Source: Alphaproteobacteria bacterium (lineage in GTDB: Bacteria > Pseudomonadota > Alphaproteobacteria > UBA828). Taken from it: a DNA stretch of 64,000 bases. Location: NCBI GenBank assembly GCA_965221125.1, contig CBDCRW010000004.1:160001-224000 (forward strand). The letters run 5' to 3'. Numbering within the stretch: position 1 is the first letter of the stretch; the number at the start of each line of letters is the position of its first letter. The position numbers and the translations under genes are program-made. Below are positions 54,757 to 64,000 of the stretch, in pieces. The notes below the pieces were generated by a model. It did not search any database. It was not told the DNA's origin and saw only the letters and a program-made list of their open reading frames with translations.

Positions 54757-55947
54757 TCATGCTGCCTCGGAGCTCGGACTCATGATGTCGGCCTCGATGC
54801 TGCCCGCCACCTTGGCCGCCGAGACCTTCTCCGTGTCCTGCGCCAGGTGAGCGTAGCGTGCCGTCGTCTGGACCTGCGTGTGACCGAGTTGCCTGCCTAT
54901 CATCGGCAGGCTCTCCCCGAGAGCCAGCGCGCGCGAGGCCCAGCTATGTCGAAGGTCGTGGAGGCGCACGTCTTCAAGGTCGGCCTGCACCCGCAAGCGA
55001 TACCAGAGGTCGTTGACGTTCCTCAGGTGCTTTCCCGGCCTCTTTCCCACGATCACCCAGGGATTGTCCGGCTTGCGTGGGAGGGCGTCCAGTACCGCCG
55101 CCGCGGTGGGGGTCAGCGGCACCATCCGCCCTCCCGTCTTCGCGTCCCTGAGGCGCAGCTCGCCGGAGGTCCGGTCAACGTCGTCCCATCGCAACGACAG
55201 GATCTCGTTGCGCCTGCATCCGGTCAGGATCAGCAGGCGGATCGCGGCGATGGCGGGGCTCCAGGCCGCGCCCTCTGCCTCGGCCTCGTCCAGGACCCTG
55301 CCCAGGCGCTGGTACTCTTCGGCGCTCAGAAACCGCTGCGGCCTGCGCTCCTTGTACTTGCGAACCGACCGGCACGGGTTCCGACCCTGCGGGTGAAGAC
55401 CCCAAACCTCCGCCAAGTTGAACATCTTCTTCAGAATGTCGACCGACCTGTTCGCCGTGCTCGGCCGGTCACGCAGCGCATGGTGCAAGTCCGCCACATG
55501 CGCGCGCTCGACCGAGCCGATGGGCATTGAACCGAGCACAGGCAGGATCCTGTTCCTGAGCAGCCCCCCATAGCGCACCGCCGTCGCCGGCTTGCAGTTC
55601 ACCGCCACATGGGCGCGCATGAAGCGGTCGGCCAGATCGGCTACGGTCGGGCCCGTGTCCTTCTCAGGCTCGGCGGGAACTGGCTCAAGCCCGGTCTTGA
55701 TCCTGTCGATGATCCCGGCGGCACGCTGGCGCGCCTGGTCTGCGGTGATCTGCCCGTGCCGGCCCAGCGTGACCCGCCTGGAACCGCGCGGCCCCCGGCT
55801 CTGGACGACATAGACCTTCTGGCCCGAGGGGTAGATGCGCACCCCGAAGCCCTGCAAGTCCCGGTCCCAGAAGATGGTGTCCCTATCCTCGACGGAGAGG
55901 GCATCGACAGTCCGCTTGGAGATTGCGCGTTCCTGGCGCTGTGACAT
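54757..55947 (-). CDS. Tyrosine recombinase/integrase with N-terminal arm-binding domain (tandem paralog)
   Basis: FWDRDLQGFGVR; TGCRRNE, DAKTG, HDLRH, QLGH and TTARY. Confidence 0.95.
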   Translation of the reverse strand: MSQRQERAISKRTVDALSVEDRDTIFWDRDLQGFGVRIYPSGQKVYVVQSRGPRGSRRVTLGRHGQITADQARQRAAGIIDRIKTGLEPVPAEPEKDTGPTVADLADRFMRAHVAVNCKPATAVRYGGLLRNRILPVLGSMPIGSVERAHVADLHHALRDRPSTANRSVDILKKMFNLAEVWGLHPQGRNPCRSVRKYKERRPQRFLSAEEYQRLGRVLDEAEAEGAAWSPAIAAIRLLILTGCRRNEILSLRWDDVDRTSGELRLRDAKTGGRMVPLTPTAAAVLDALPRKPDNPWVIVGKRPGKHLRNVNDLWYRLRVQADLEDVRLHDLRHSWASRALALGESLPMIGRQLGHTQVQTTARYAHLAQDTEKVSAAKVAGSIEADIMSPSSEAA

Positions 55948-56119
55948 AAAATCAACATATCCTTGACTGTCGAGCGCAGGCGTTCATTCGTGGGACAACC
56001 ATGGTCAGGAAGCCTGTGGCGACCCGCGTCTGCCGCGCCGCGCCGGCCTGCGCTCGGTGCCTCAATCGCGTCCGCCACCGCGTGGTCGAACGCCTCGAAC
56101 ACGCCCGGAGAGGGTACAC

Positions 56120-56250
56120 AATCCCGTAAGCGCCACGCAAGCGAGCGACGCAGAATGGTTGCGTAGGCCTGCATACGCTAATCACAAATCCGATACAGAG
56201 GGTAGGGGGAGAGAGGGGCGATAAGGATATAAAATCAATTATTTACAGAA
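56120..56250. other. Candidate att / integrase-binding region
   Basis: Direct repeats CGTAAGCG and CGCAAGCG (56125-56143), palindrome GCGTA..TACGC (56161-56178), and AT-rich ATAAAATCAA (56229-56238) repeated at 55946-55955. Confidence 0.4.
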
Positions 56251-56559
56251 GACGAACGTAATCAGGGGTTACACATGACACATGGGTGAAGCGCTTTCTT
56301 ATGCTGTGCGCTTCCTTCTTTATGCTCCCATCCTCTTCATTCGCGCGATCTAGAGAGTTCCATGCATGGATCAGCGGCGGAGCGTCTCTCACGCAGCGCG
56401 ACCCGCCACGCCGAGACAATGGTACACGCGGGGTCTGTAGCGCAACCCTGCTCCTAACGAAATTATGACCGAATTCAGCCATCAAGAGCTTTTCTTGTCG
56501 TGTTGTGATGAAAACGCCACAGCTGTTGGCATTGTCGCCCACCCCACGGCGTCAGGCGT

Positions 56560-57252
56560 TCACCCCGCGCTTGAATCCAGGGCGTAGCCGGCCGAGCGGA
56601 CGGTCCGGATCAGGTCGGGGCGCCGGTCCGCGTTGAGCGCCTGCCTCAGCCGGCGCACGTGCACGTCGACCGTCCGGCTCTCGATGAAGATGTCCGGCCC
56701 CCAGACGGAATCGAGAAGCTGCTCGCGCGAGAAGACGCGCCCCGGATGCTCCATCAGGTGGCGCAGCAGGCGGAACTCGGTCGGGCCCAGGTGCACCGGC
56801 GCATCCCCCCGCGTGACCCTGTGGGCGGCGAGGTCCATCGTGAGGTCGTCGTAGCGCAGCGTCTCGTCGCCGAGCGCCGGGCGCATGCGGCGCAGGATCG
56901 CGCGGATGCGGGCCAGAAGCTCGGCCGGGGAGAAGGGCTTGACCACGTAGTCGTCGGCGCCGCCGTCGAGGCCGCGCACCCTGTCCGCCTCCTCGCCCCG
57001 CGCCGTCAGCATGATGATGGGGAGCGGCCGCGCGTCGGGCTTGCGCCTGATCCTGCGGCAGACCTCGATGCCGGAAAGCGTCGGCAGCATCCAGTCGAGC
57101 ACCATCAGGTCGGGGCGCCGCTCGTCCACCATGAGCAGCGCCTCTTCGCCGTCCACGGCCTCGCCCACCTCGAAGCCGCCCTTCTCCAGGTTGTAGCGGA
57201 GCAGCGTGAGCAGCGCCGCCTCGTCCTCGACGATCAGGATGTAGGGCTTCAT
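56560..57252 (-). CDS. phoB: Phosphate regulon response regulator PhoB
   Basis: LDWMLP, LGPTEFRLL, RTVDVHVRRLR, IRTVRSAGY; follows phoU. Confidence 0.97.
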   Translation of the reverse strand: MKPYILIVEDEAALLTLLRYNLEKGGFEVGEAVDGEEALLMVDERRPDLMVLDWMLPTLSGIEVCRRIRRKPDARPLPIIMLTARGEEADRVRGLDGGADDYVVKPFSPAELLARIRAILRRMRPALGDETLRYDDLTMDLAAHRVTRGDAPVHLGPTEFRLLRHLMEHPGRVFSREQLLDSVWGPDIFIESRTVDVHVRRLRQALNADRRPDLIRTVRSAGYALDSSAG

Positions 57253-57977
57253 GACGCCGCCGCCTCCGATTCATCGTCGTCCTGGTGGAAGGACGTGACG
57301 TCGCCCTTCGGCCGCTCCTCTTCCACCGGCGTTCCGGTCACCACGTAGCTCACGATCTCGGCGATGTTGGTCGCGTGATCGCCGATCCGCTCGATGTTCT
57401 TGGCGATGAAGAGCAGGTGCGCGCACGGCGTGATGCGGCGCGGGTCCTCCATCATGTAGGTCAGCAGCTCGCGGAACAGGCTGTTGTAGGATTCGTCGAC
57501 GTCCTCGTCCCGCCGCCAGACCGCCATCGCCCGCTCCACGTCGCGGTCTCTGAAGGAATCCAGCACGTCCTTGATCATGCCCTGGGCGATGCCCGCCATG
57601 CGCGAGATCGCGTGAGTGAGCCGGATGGGATCGATATCCTGGATCGCGATGGAGCGCTTGGCGACGTTGGCGGCGTAGTCCCCCATGCGCTCCAGGTCGC
57701 TCGCCACCTTGAGCGAGGCGGTGATGACGCGCAGATCCACCGCCACCGGCTGCCGCAGCGCCAGAATTCGCACGGCGAGCTGGTCGATTTCCGCCTCCAG
57801 CGCGTCCACCCGGCGGTCCTCGGTGATGACGCGCGAGGCCAGATCGTCGTCGCGGCGGACCAGTGCCACGATCGAATCGGCAAGCTGCTGCTCGACGATG
57901 CCGCCCATCTCGAGGATCGCGTTGTCCATGCGATCCAGCTCTTCGTCGTAGGCCTTGACCGTGTGCTCGGCAGCCAT
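57249..57977 (-). CDS. phoU: Phosphate signalling protein PhoU
   Basis: RQPVAVDLR, DLERMGDYA, KNIERIGDHATNIAE. Confidence 0.97.
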   Translation of the reverse strand: MAAEHTVKAYDEELDRMDNAILEMGGIVEQQLADSIVALVRRDDDLASRVITEDRRVDALEAEIDQLAVRILALRQPVAVDLRVITASLKVASDLERMGDYAANVAKRSIAIQDIDPIRLTHAISRMAGIAQGMIKDVLDSFRDRDVERAMAVWRRDEDVDESYNSLFRELLTYMMEDPRRITPCAHLLFIAKNIERIGDHATNIAEIVSYVVTGTPVEEERPKGDVTSFHQDDDESEAAAS

Positions 57978-58006
57978 CGGTCGCTCTCCCTATGCTCTAC
58001 CCGCGC

Positions 58007-58858
<852 letters not shown>

Positions 58859-58877
58859 GATAGCACTCCTTGCCCGC

Positions 58878-60188
58878 TCACCAGCGGATCTCGAACCGGC
58901 GCCGGAGGTAGATCGCCACTCCGTTCATCAGGATCAGGAACGCCAGCAGCACCAGAATCGCCGCCGAGACTTTCTCGACGAAACCCCGCTCCGGGCTGTC
59001 CGCCCAGAGGAAGATCTGCACCGGCAGCGCCGTCGCGGGATCGAACGGGCCGCCCGGAATGTCGACGATGAAGGCGACCATCCCGATCATGAGCAGCGGC
59101 GCGGTCTCGCCCAGCGCGCGCGCCATGCCGATGATCGTCCCGGTGAGGATGCCGGGCGTCGCGAGCGGCAGCACGTGGTGGAAGACCACCTGGATCGGCG
59201 AGGCGCCGACGCCGTAGGCGCCCTCGCGGATCGACGGCGGCACCGCCTTCAGCGCGGAGCGGGCCGCGATGATGATCGTCGGCAGGGTCATCAGCGTGAG
59301 TGTGAGCCCGCCCACGATGGGCGCGGAGCGGGGCAGGTGGAACAGGTTGATGAAGACCGCAAGCCCGAGCAGGCCGAACACGATGGACGGCACCGCCGCG
59401 AGGTTGTTGATGTTGACCTCGATCAGGTCGGTGACCCGGTTCTTGGGCGCGAATTCCTCGAGGTAGATCGCCGCCGTCACGCCGATGGGGAAGGTCAGCA
59501 CCAGGGTCACCAGCAGCATGTAGAACGAGCCTGCAATCGCGCCGCCGATGCCGGCGATCTCGGGCTCCCGCGAGTCCGCGTTGACGAAGAACGCGCCGTT
59601 GAACCCGGTCTCGATGAAGCCCGAGGCATCCAGCGTGTCGATCCACGCGATCTGCCGGTCGCTGAGGCGGCGTTCGTCCTCCGGCACGTCGCGGGGCGCG
59701 CTGCCCTTGATCAGCATGTCCACGTCGCTGGATGCGGTGAGCCAGACGCGCCGCGTGGTGCCGACGATCGAGGGGTCGTCCACGACGAGCTCCCGCAGCT
59801 CGAAGCGCGCGGCCGTGCTCACGAGCTTCAGCAGCTTGCGCCGCTCCTTCCGCGCCGTCACGTCGGGGAAGGCGGCAAAGACGGATTCGCGCAGGAGCTT
59901 GCCGTAGTCCGCCTTTCGCAGCTCTTCCGCGCTCGCTGCCTCGCCGACGCCGAGGACGTCCGGATCGAAATCGACCTCCAGCGCGACCGAGGTGCGCACG
60001 AAGGCCGGATAGCCCTCGGCGATGACGCTGCCGATCAGGAGCGCGAGGAAGGCGAGCGCCACGGCCACGGCGATGATGCCGTAGGCCTTGAAGCGCCGCT
60101 CGGCGCGGTAGCGCCGGCGCAGCCTGCGCTTCGTCCAGTCAGCGTCCTGCCAGGCGCCGCCGAGCGCCGGTTCCGCGAGGTCAGTCAT
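58878..60188 (-). CDS. pstA: Phosphate ABC transporter permease PstA
   Basis: [25 protein letters not shown]. Confidence 0.97.
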   Translation of the reverse strand: MTDLAEPALGGAWQDADWTKRRLRRRYRAERRFKAYGIIAVAVALAFLALLIGSVIAEGYPAFVRTSVALEVDFDPDVLGVGEAASAEELRKADYGKLLRESVFAAFPDVTARKERRKLLKLVSTAARFELRELVVDDPSIVGTTRRVWLTASSDVDMLIKGSAPRDVPEDERRLSDRQIAWIDTLDASGFIETGFNGAFFVNADSREPEIAGIGGAIAGSFYMLLVTLVLTFPIGVTAAIYLEEFAPKNRVTDLIEVNINNLAAVPSIVFGLLGLAVFINLFHLPRSAPIVGGLTLTLMTLPTIIIAARSALKAVPPSIREGAYGVGASPIQVVFHHVLPLATPGILTGTIIGMARALGETAPLLMIGMVAFIVDIPGGPFDPATALPVQIFLWADSPERGFVEKVSAAILVLLAFLILMNGVAIYLRRRFEIRW

Positions 60189-61563
60189 ACTGCTCCCAGT
60201 ACTTGCGCGCGATGTGGAGCGCGAAGACGTTGAGCGCGAGCGTCACGACGAAGAGCATCAGGCCGAGCGCGAAGGCGGCGAGCGTCTTGGCGCTGTCGAA
60301 CTCCTGATCGCCCACCAGCAGCGTCACGATCTGCACCGTGACGGTGGTGACCGCGTCCAGCGGATTGGCCGTGAGATTGGCGGCGAGACCGGCAGCCATG
60401 ACCACGATCATGGTCTCGCCGATGGCGCGGCTCACCGCGAGCAGGCAGGCGGCGACGATGCCGGGCAGCGCCGCCGGCAGGATCACCCGCACCACCGTCT
60501 CCGACCTGGTGGCTCCCATGGCGAGCGAGCCCTCGCGCAGCGAGTTGGGCACCGCGACGATGGCGTCGTCGCTCAGCGACGAGATGAAGGGGATGATCAT
60601 GATGCCCATGACGACGCCGGCGGCGAGCGCGCTCTCGGACGCCACATCCAGGCCGATGGATTCGCCGATGCCCCTGACCGCCGGCGCCACCACCAGCGCC
60701 GCGAAGAAGCCGTAGACCACGGTCGGCACGCCGGCCAGGATCTCCAGGATCGGCTTGGTGATGTTGCGGAACCGGGGGCTCGCGAACTCGGCCATGTAGA
60801 TGGCGGCGAAGAGGCCGACCGGCAGCGCCACCAGCATCGCGATCAGCGTGATCATCAGCGTGCCGGTGAAGAGCGGGATGGCGCCGAACGCGCCGGTGCT
60901 GCCCACCTGATCGGCGCGGATGGCAGTCTGCGGGCTCCACTGCAGGCCGAAGAGGAAGTCCCAGAACGGAATGATCGAGAAGAAACGGATCGATTCGAAC
61001 AGCACCGAGAGGACGATGCCGATGGTGGTGACGATGGCGACGCAGGAGGAAAGGATGAGCACGATGTTGACCACCCGCTCGACCTTGTTGCGCGCGCGCA
61101 GGCCGGGGGAGATGCGCCGCCAGGCCCAGGCGAAGCCGGCCCCGGCGAGGGCCACGCCGATCGCGAGCACCGCCGCGTGCGCCGTCGCCTTCATGCTGGC
61201 GTAGCGGTCCGCCGCCGCCTGCAATGCCGGGTCGACCTCGCGGCTCACCACGTCGCCCGAAGCCAGGTTGCGCACGTCGTTGAGCAGCAGGCCGATCATC
61301 GCCTCCGACTGCTCCGCCGCCACGGGGCCGAGGTAGGAGAGCAGCAGCGCCTCCAGGATCGGCGCCTCGATGATCAGCCAGACGACGAGGACGATACCCG
61401 ATGGGATGCCGCACCAGAGCGCCACGTACCAGCCGTGATAGCTCGGCATGGAGTGGAGCCGGCTGAGGTTGGTGCCGGCAGCGCGAAGCGCCCGCCTGCG
61501 GCCGAAAAAGAGGCCGATGAGCACCAGCGCCAGGATCGCGATAAGGAGGATGGTGAGCTGCAC
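60181..61563 (-). CDS. pstC: Phosphate ABC transporter permease PstC
   Basis: EILAGVPTVVYGFF, SRAIGETMIV, GDQEFDS. Confidence 0.97.
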   Translation of the reverse strand: MQLTILLIAILALVLIGLFFGRRRALRAAGTNLSRLHSMPSYHGWYVALWCGIPSGIVLVVWLIIEAPILEALLLSYLGPVAAEQSEAMIGLLLNDVRNLASGDVVSREVDPALQAAADRYASMKATAHAAVLAIGVALAGAGFAWAWRRISPGLRARNKVERVVNIVLILSSCVAIVTTIGIVLSVLFESIRFFSIIPFWDFLFGLQWSPQTAIRADQVGSTGAFGAIPLFTGTLMITLIAMLVALPVGLFAAIYMAEFASPRFRNITKPILEILAGVPTVVYGFFAALVVAPAVRGIGESIGLDVASESALAAGVVMGIMIIPFISSLSDDAIVAVPNSLREGSLAMGATRSETVVRVILPAALPGIVAACLLAVSRAIGETMIVVMAAGLAANLTANPLDAVTTVTVQIVTLLVGDQEFDSAKTLAAFALGLMLFVVTLALNVFALHIARKYWEQYD

Positions 61564-61640
61564 GCCCTCGGCCGCCCCTGCACCTTGCGCCCGGTCGAAC
61601 GGACGCCAGCCCGACTCTGCGAACGGGCCGATTCAGGGAT

Positions 61641-61669
61641 ACGTCAGTTTCGTTACGATTTCGTGACGC
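61641..61669 (-). promoter_or_regulatory. Pho box upstream of pstC
   Basis: Minus strand GCGTCAC-GAAA-TCGTAAC-GAAA-CTGACGT: 11-bp periodic repeats resembling CTGTCAT-N4; overlaps the phoR stop codon. Confidence 0.75.
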
Positions 61670-63149
61670 TCGCCGGGGCCGCTTCGTCCGTCCCACCCGG
61701 GGCCATATCGCCCGCCGCCCGTGCCGCCCCGGCCGGCAGCGCGTCCTCCTTCGCCGGGACCGGCTGCAGGTAGACGGTGAACGTGCTGCCTTCGCCGGGC
61801 GTGCTGTCGATGGCGAGCGCCCCCCGGTGCCGGTTGACGATGTGCTTGACGATGGCGAGGCCTAGGCCGGTGCCCCCCAGCTCGCGCGAGCGCGCCTTGT
61901 CCACGCGGTAGAAGCGCTCGGTGAGGCGCGGCAGGTGCTCGCGGGGAATGCCGGCGCCCTGGTCCCTGATGGAGACCGTGACCGCGCCGTCCTTGCCCGC
62001 AACCCATCCGGCCGCCTGCGCTTCCGCAGCCCGGTGCGCCGACACGCTGACCGCGCCCCCGGCCTCGCCGTACTTGATCGCGTTGTCGACGAGGTTGAGG
62101 AACACTTGGGTCAGCTCGTCGCCGTCGCCGATCACGGCAGGCAGGTCCTCTTGCGTGTCGATGGCGACGGTGACGCCGCGCTCTTCCGCCCGCCATGCGA
62201 GCGTGCTCTGCACGCTGGCGAGCAGGGAGGGGAGCGGCACGGCATCGGTCGGCGGCGTGTGCTCGTTCATCTCGATGCGCGAGAGCGAGAGCAGGTCGTC
62301 CACCAGGCGGGCCATGCGCCTGCCGTGCTGATCCATGATGGCGAGAAAGCGCTCGCGCGCCGCCGCGTCGTCGCGGGCCGAGCCCTGCAGGGTCTCGATG
62401 AACCCCATCAGCGTGGCCAGCGGAGTCCTGATCTCGTGGCTTGCGTTGGCGACGAAGTCCGCCCGCATCTGATCGGTGCGGCGCACCGCCGTGAAGTCGA
62501 CCAGCGCGAGCAGCACGGCGGCGCCGCCCTCGCGCGCCTCCGCCAACGGCTCCACCCGCGCGGCGAAGGTCCGCTCGACCGGCGCCTGCAGGGTGAACTC
62601 GATGTCGCGTCCGCCGGCGCCCTCCAGGGTCTGCTCGACGGCCTCGATCAGCTGCGGGTTGCGCAGCGAGGCCGCGATGTCACGGCCGATCACCTCGCCT
62701 TCGAGGAGGGACGTCGCCGCCCGGTTGGCGCGCACGATTCTGCGGTCGGAATCCAGGAGGAGGAGGGGTTCGGGCAACGCGTCGAGCGCGCGCTCCAGCT
62801 CCGCCCGTTCGCTCGCGAGCTGCGCCCGGCCTTCGGCGCCGATGCGGGCCATGCGCTCGACCGATGCCGAAAGCTCGCGGGTGAGCAGACCCGCCGGCAC
62901 GGGGTCGCGCTCCGCGTGCGCCCCGCTTGCGGCCGAGGCGTCCACGTGGCGTGCGAGGGTGCCGACATCCGCGAGCATGAAGCCGGCCACGGTTGCCGCG
63001 AGCAGGCTGAGGCCGGCCCAGGCCAGCACCGCCGCGACGGGCGGCGTGAGGCCGAGCGCGCCAAGCACCAGGAACGCGAGGCCGAGCGGCACCGCCGCCG
63101 CAAGGCTGAGGCGCGCCCAGCGGCGGAGCGGAAGGTCGCGCACCGCCAT
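61653..63149 (-). CDS. phoR: Phosphate regulon sensor histidine kinase PhoR
   Basis: PAS-like region, [45 protein letters not shown]; start chosen after a GGAGG RBS. Confidence 0.93.
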   Translation of the reverse strand: MAVRDLPLRRWARLSLAAAVPLGLAFLVLGALGLTPPVAAVLAWAGLSLLAATVAGFMLADVGTLARHVDASAASGAHAERDPVPAGLLTRELSASVERMARIGAEGRAQLASERAELERALDALPEPLLLLDSDRRIVRANRAATSLLEGEVIGRDIAASLRNPQLIEAVEQTLEGAGGRDIEFTLQAPVERTFAARVEPLAEAREGGAAVLLALVDFTAVRRTDQMRADFVANASHEIRTPLATLMGFIETLQGSARDDAAARERFLAIMDQHGRRMARLVDDLLSLSRIEMNEHTPPTDAVPLPSLLASVQSTLAWRAEERGVTVAIDTQEDLPAVIGDGDELTQVFLNLVDNAIKYGEAGGAVSVSAHRAAEAQAAGWVAGKDGAVTVSIRDQGAGIPREHLPRLTERFYRVDKARSRELGGTGLGLAIVKHIVNRHRGALAIDSTPGEGSTFTVYLQPVPAKEDALPAGAARAAGDMAPGGTDEAAPASVTKS

Positions 63150-63286
63150 CGATCGGCTCTCCTCCGCAGCCTGGTTCCGAGTCCCTGAGTCTACCAAAGG
63201 GGCGCGGGCGGCGGCATGGCGAAACTGTGGCCGCTGCGGGGTCGGCGCCGCGAAACGGCGGCTGCTCCCTGTGCTACTGTCGCGCC

Positions 63287-64000
63287 ATGCCCAACGACGC
63301 CGAGGCGCAAGCGAGCGCAGCGCCGGCCGCCGGCCGCAGCACCCGCCGGGCCCGGCCGCGTGCGCGCCGCGCCGAGCCGGCAACGCCGATGATGGCGCAG
63401 TACCTGGAGATCAAGGGCGCCCACCCCGACCACCTCCTCTTCTACCGGATGGGCGACTTCTACGAGCTTTTCTTCGACGATGCGCGGGAGGCCTCCGAGG
63501 CGCTCGACATCGCGCTCACCAAGCGGGGATTGCACGAGGGGCAGGAGATCCCCATGTGCGGCGTGCCGGTGGTGAGCGCCGAGGGCTATCTCCAGCGGCT
63601 GATTCGCAAGGGCTTTCGGGTCGCGGTCTGCGAGCAGGTCGAGGATCCGGCCGAGGCGCGCAAGCGGGGCGCGAAGGCGGTCGTCCGCCGCGAGGTCGTC
63701 CGTGTGGTCACGCCGGGGACGCTGAGCGAGGACGCGCTGCTCGATGCGCGCGCGGCCAACTACCTCGCGGCGCTGGCCCAGGCCGAAGGCGCGCTGGCGC
63801 TGGCCTGGGCCGAGATGTCCACCGGCGAGTTCGCGGTCATGGGCGTCTCGGAGGCGTCCCTTCCCGCTGCGCTCGCGGGCCTCGACCCCGGCGAACTCCT
63901 GGTGCCCGAGCCGCTGCTCGAAGCGCCCGCCCTCTTCGAGCTCTTCGCCGAGTGGAAGGAGGCGCTCACGCCTCAGCCGCGCTCGCTCTTCGACAGCGTC
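63287..64000 (+). CDS. mutS: DNA mismatch repair protein MutS, 5' part
   Basis: Manual translation [11 protein letters not shown]...[13 protein letters not shown]...IPMCGVP...VAVCEQ...VVTPGT. Confidence 0.97.
   Translation, partial: MPNDAEAQASAAPAAGRSTRRARPRARRAEPATPMMAQYLEIKGAHPDHLLFYRMGDFYELFFDDAREASEALDIALTKRGLHEGQEIPMCGVPVVSAEGYLQRLIRKGFRVAVCEQVEDPAEARKRGAKAVVRREVVRVVTPGTLSEDALLDARAANYLAALAQAEGALALAWAEMSTGEFAVMGVSEASLPAALAGLDPGELLVPEPLLEAPALFELFAEWKEALTPQPRSLFDSV

Noticed and set aside
56200-56222. GGAGAGAGGGG resembling the reverse complement of a tRNA-Ser 3' end
   Set aside because: No T-arm (GGATTCGAACC) or cloverleaf follows; too short to call a tRNA or tRNA fragment.
56243-56542. 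99-aa minus-strand ORF in the low-GC junction
   Set aside because: No recognisable motif or RBS; may be decayed foreign DNA but cannot be supported as a gene.

Overview
A GC-rich window, most likely from an alphaproteobacterium (Rhodospirillales-like gene content; inference). About 1-51.5 kb is an accessory catabolic and transport region. It holds six ABC-importer operons (sugar-type and Dpp-type) plus an orphan amino-acid binding protein, a mocD/mocE-like oxygenase-ferredoxin pair with a second desaturase and a divergent PhyH dioxygenase, and two Gfo/Idh/MocA dehydrogenases. It also holds an ACP-adenylation-acyltransferase fusion, a KstD-like flavoprotein with an NTF2/SnoaL protein, and an amidase/creatininase/KPR/SDR/M20 cluster. 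Three complete IS elements have ends readable from the sequence. (1) An IS110/IS1111 element whose 3' non-coding region carries bridge/seek-RNA-like guide segments matching its own insertion site. (2) An ISAs1 element whose transposase is fused to a DUF4338/DruA, Mom-like domain, with a 10-bp target duplication. (3) An IS256 element with an 8-bp target duplication and a DnaA-box hairpin. There is also an IS481 stump, several truncated gene remnants, and a two-copy structured intergenic repeat. At 53.2-56.3 kb, two intact tandem arm-type tyrosine integrases and a third integrase remnant sit at the edge of the accessory region. The core-like end is phoR-pstCAB-phoU-phoB (no pstS) and the 5' part of mutS. 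No rRNA, tRNA or CRISPR array was seen. All family assignments are from motif recognition by eye; no searches were run.
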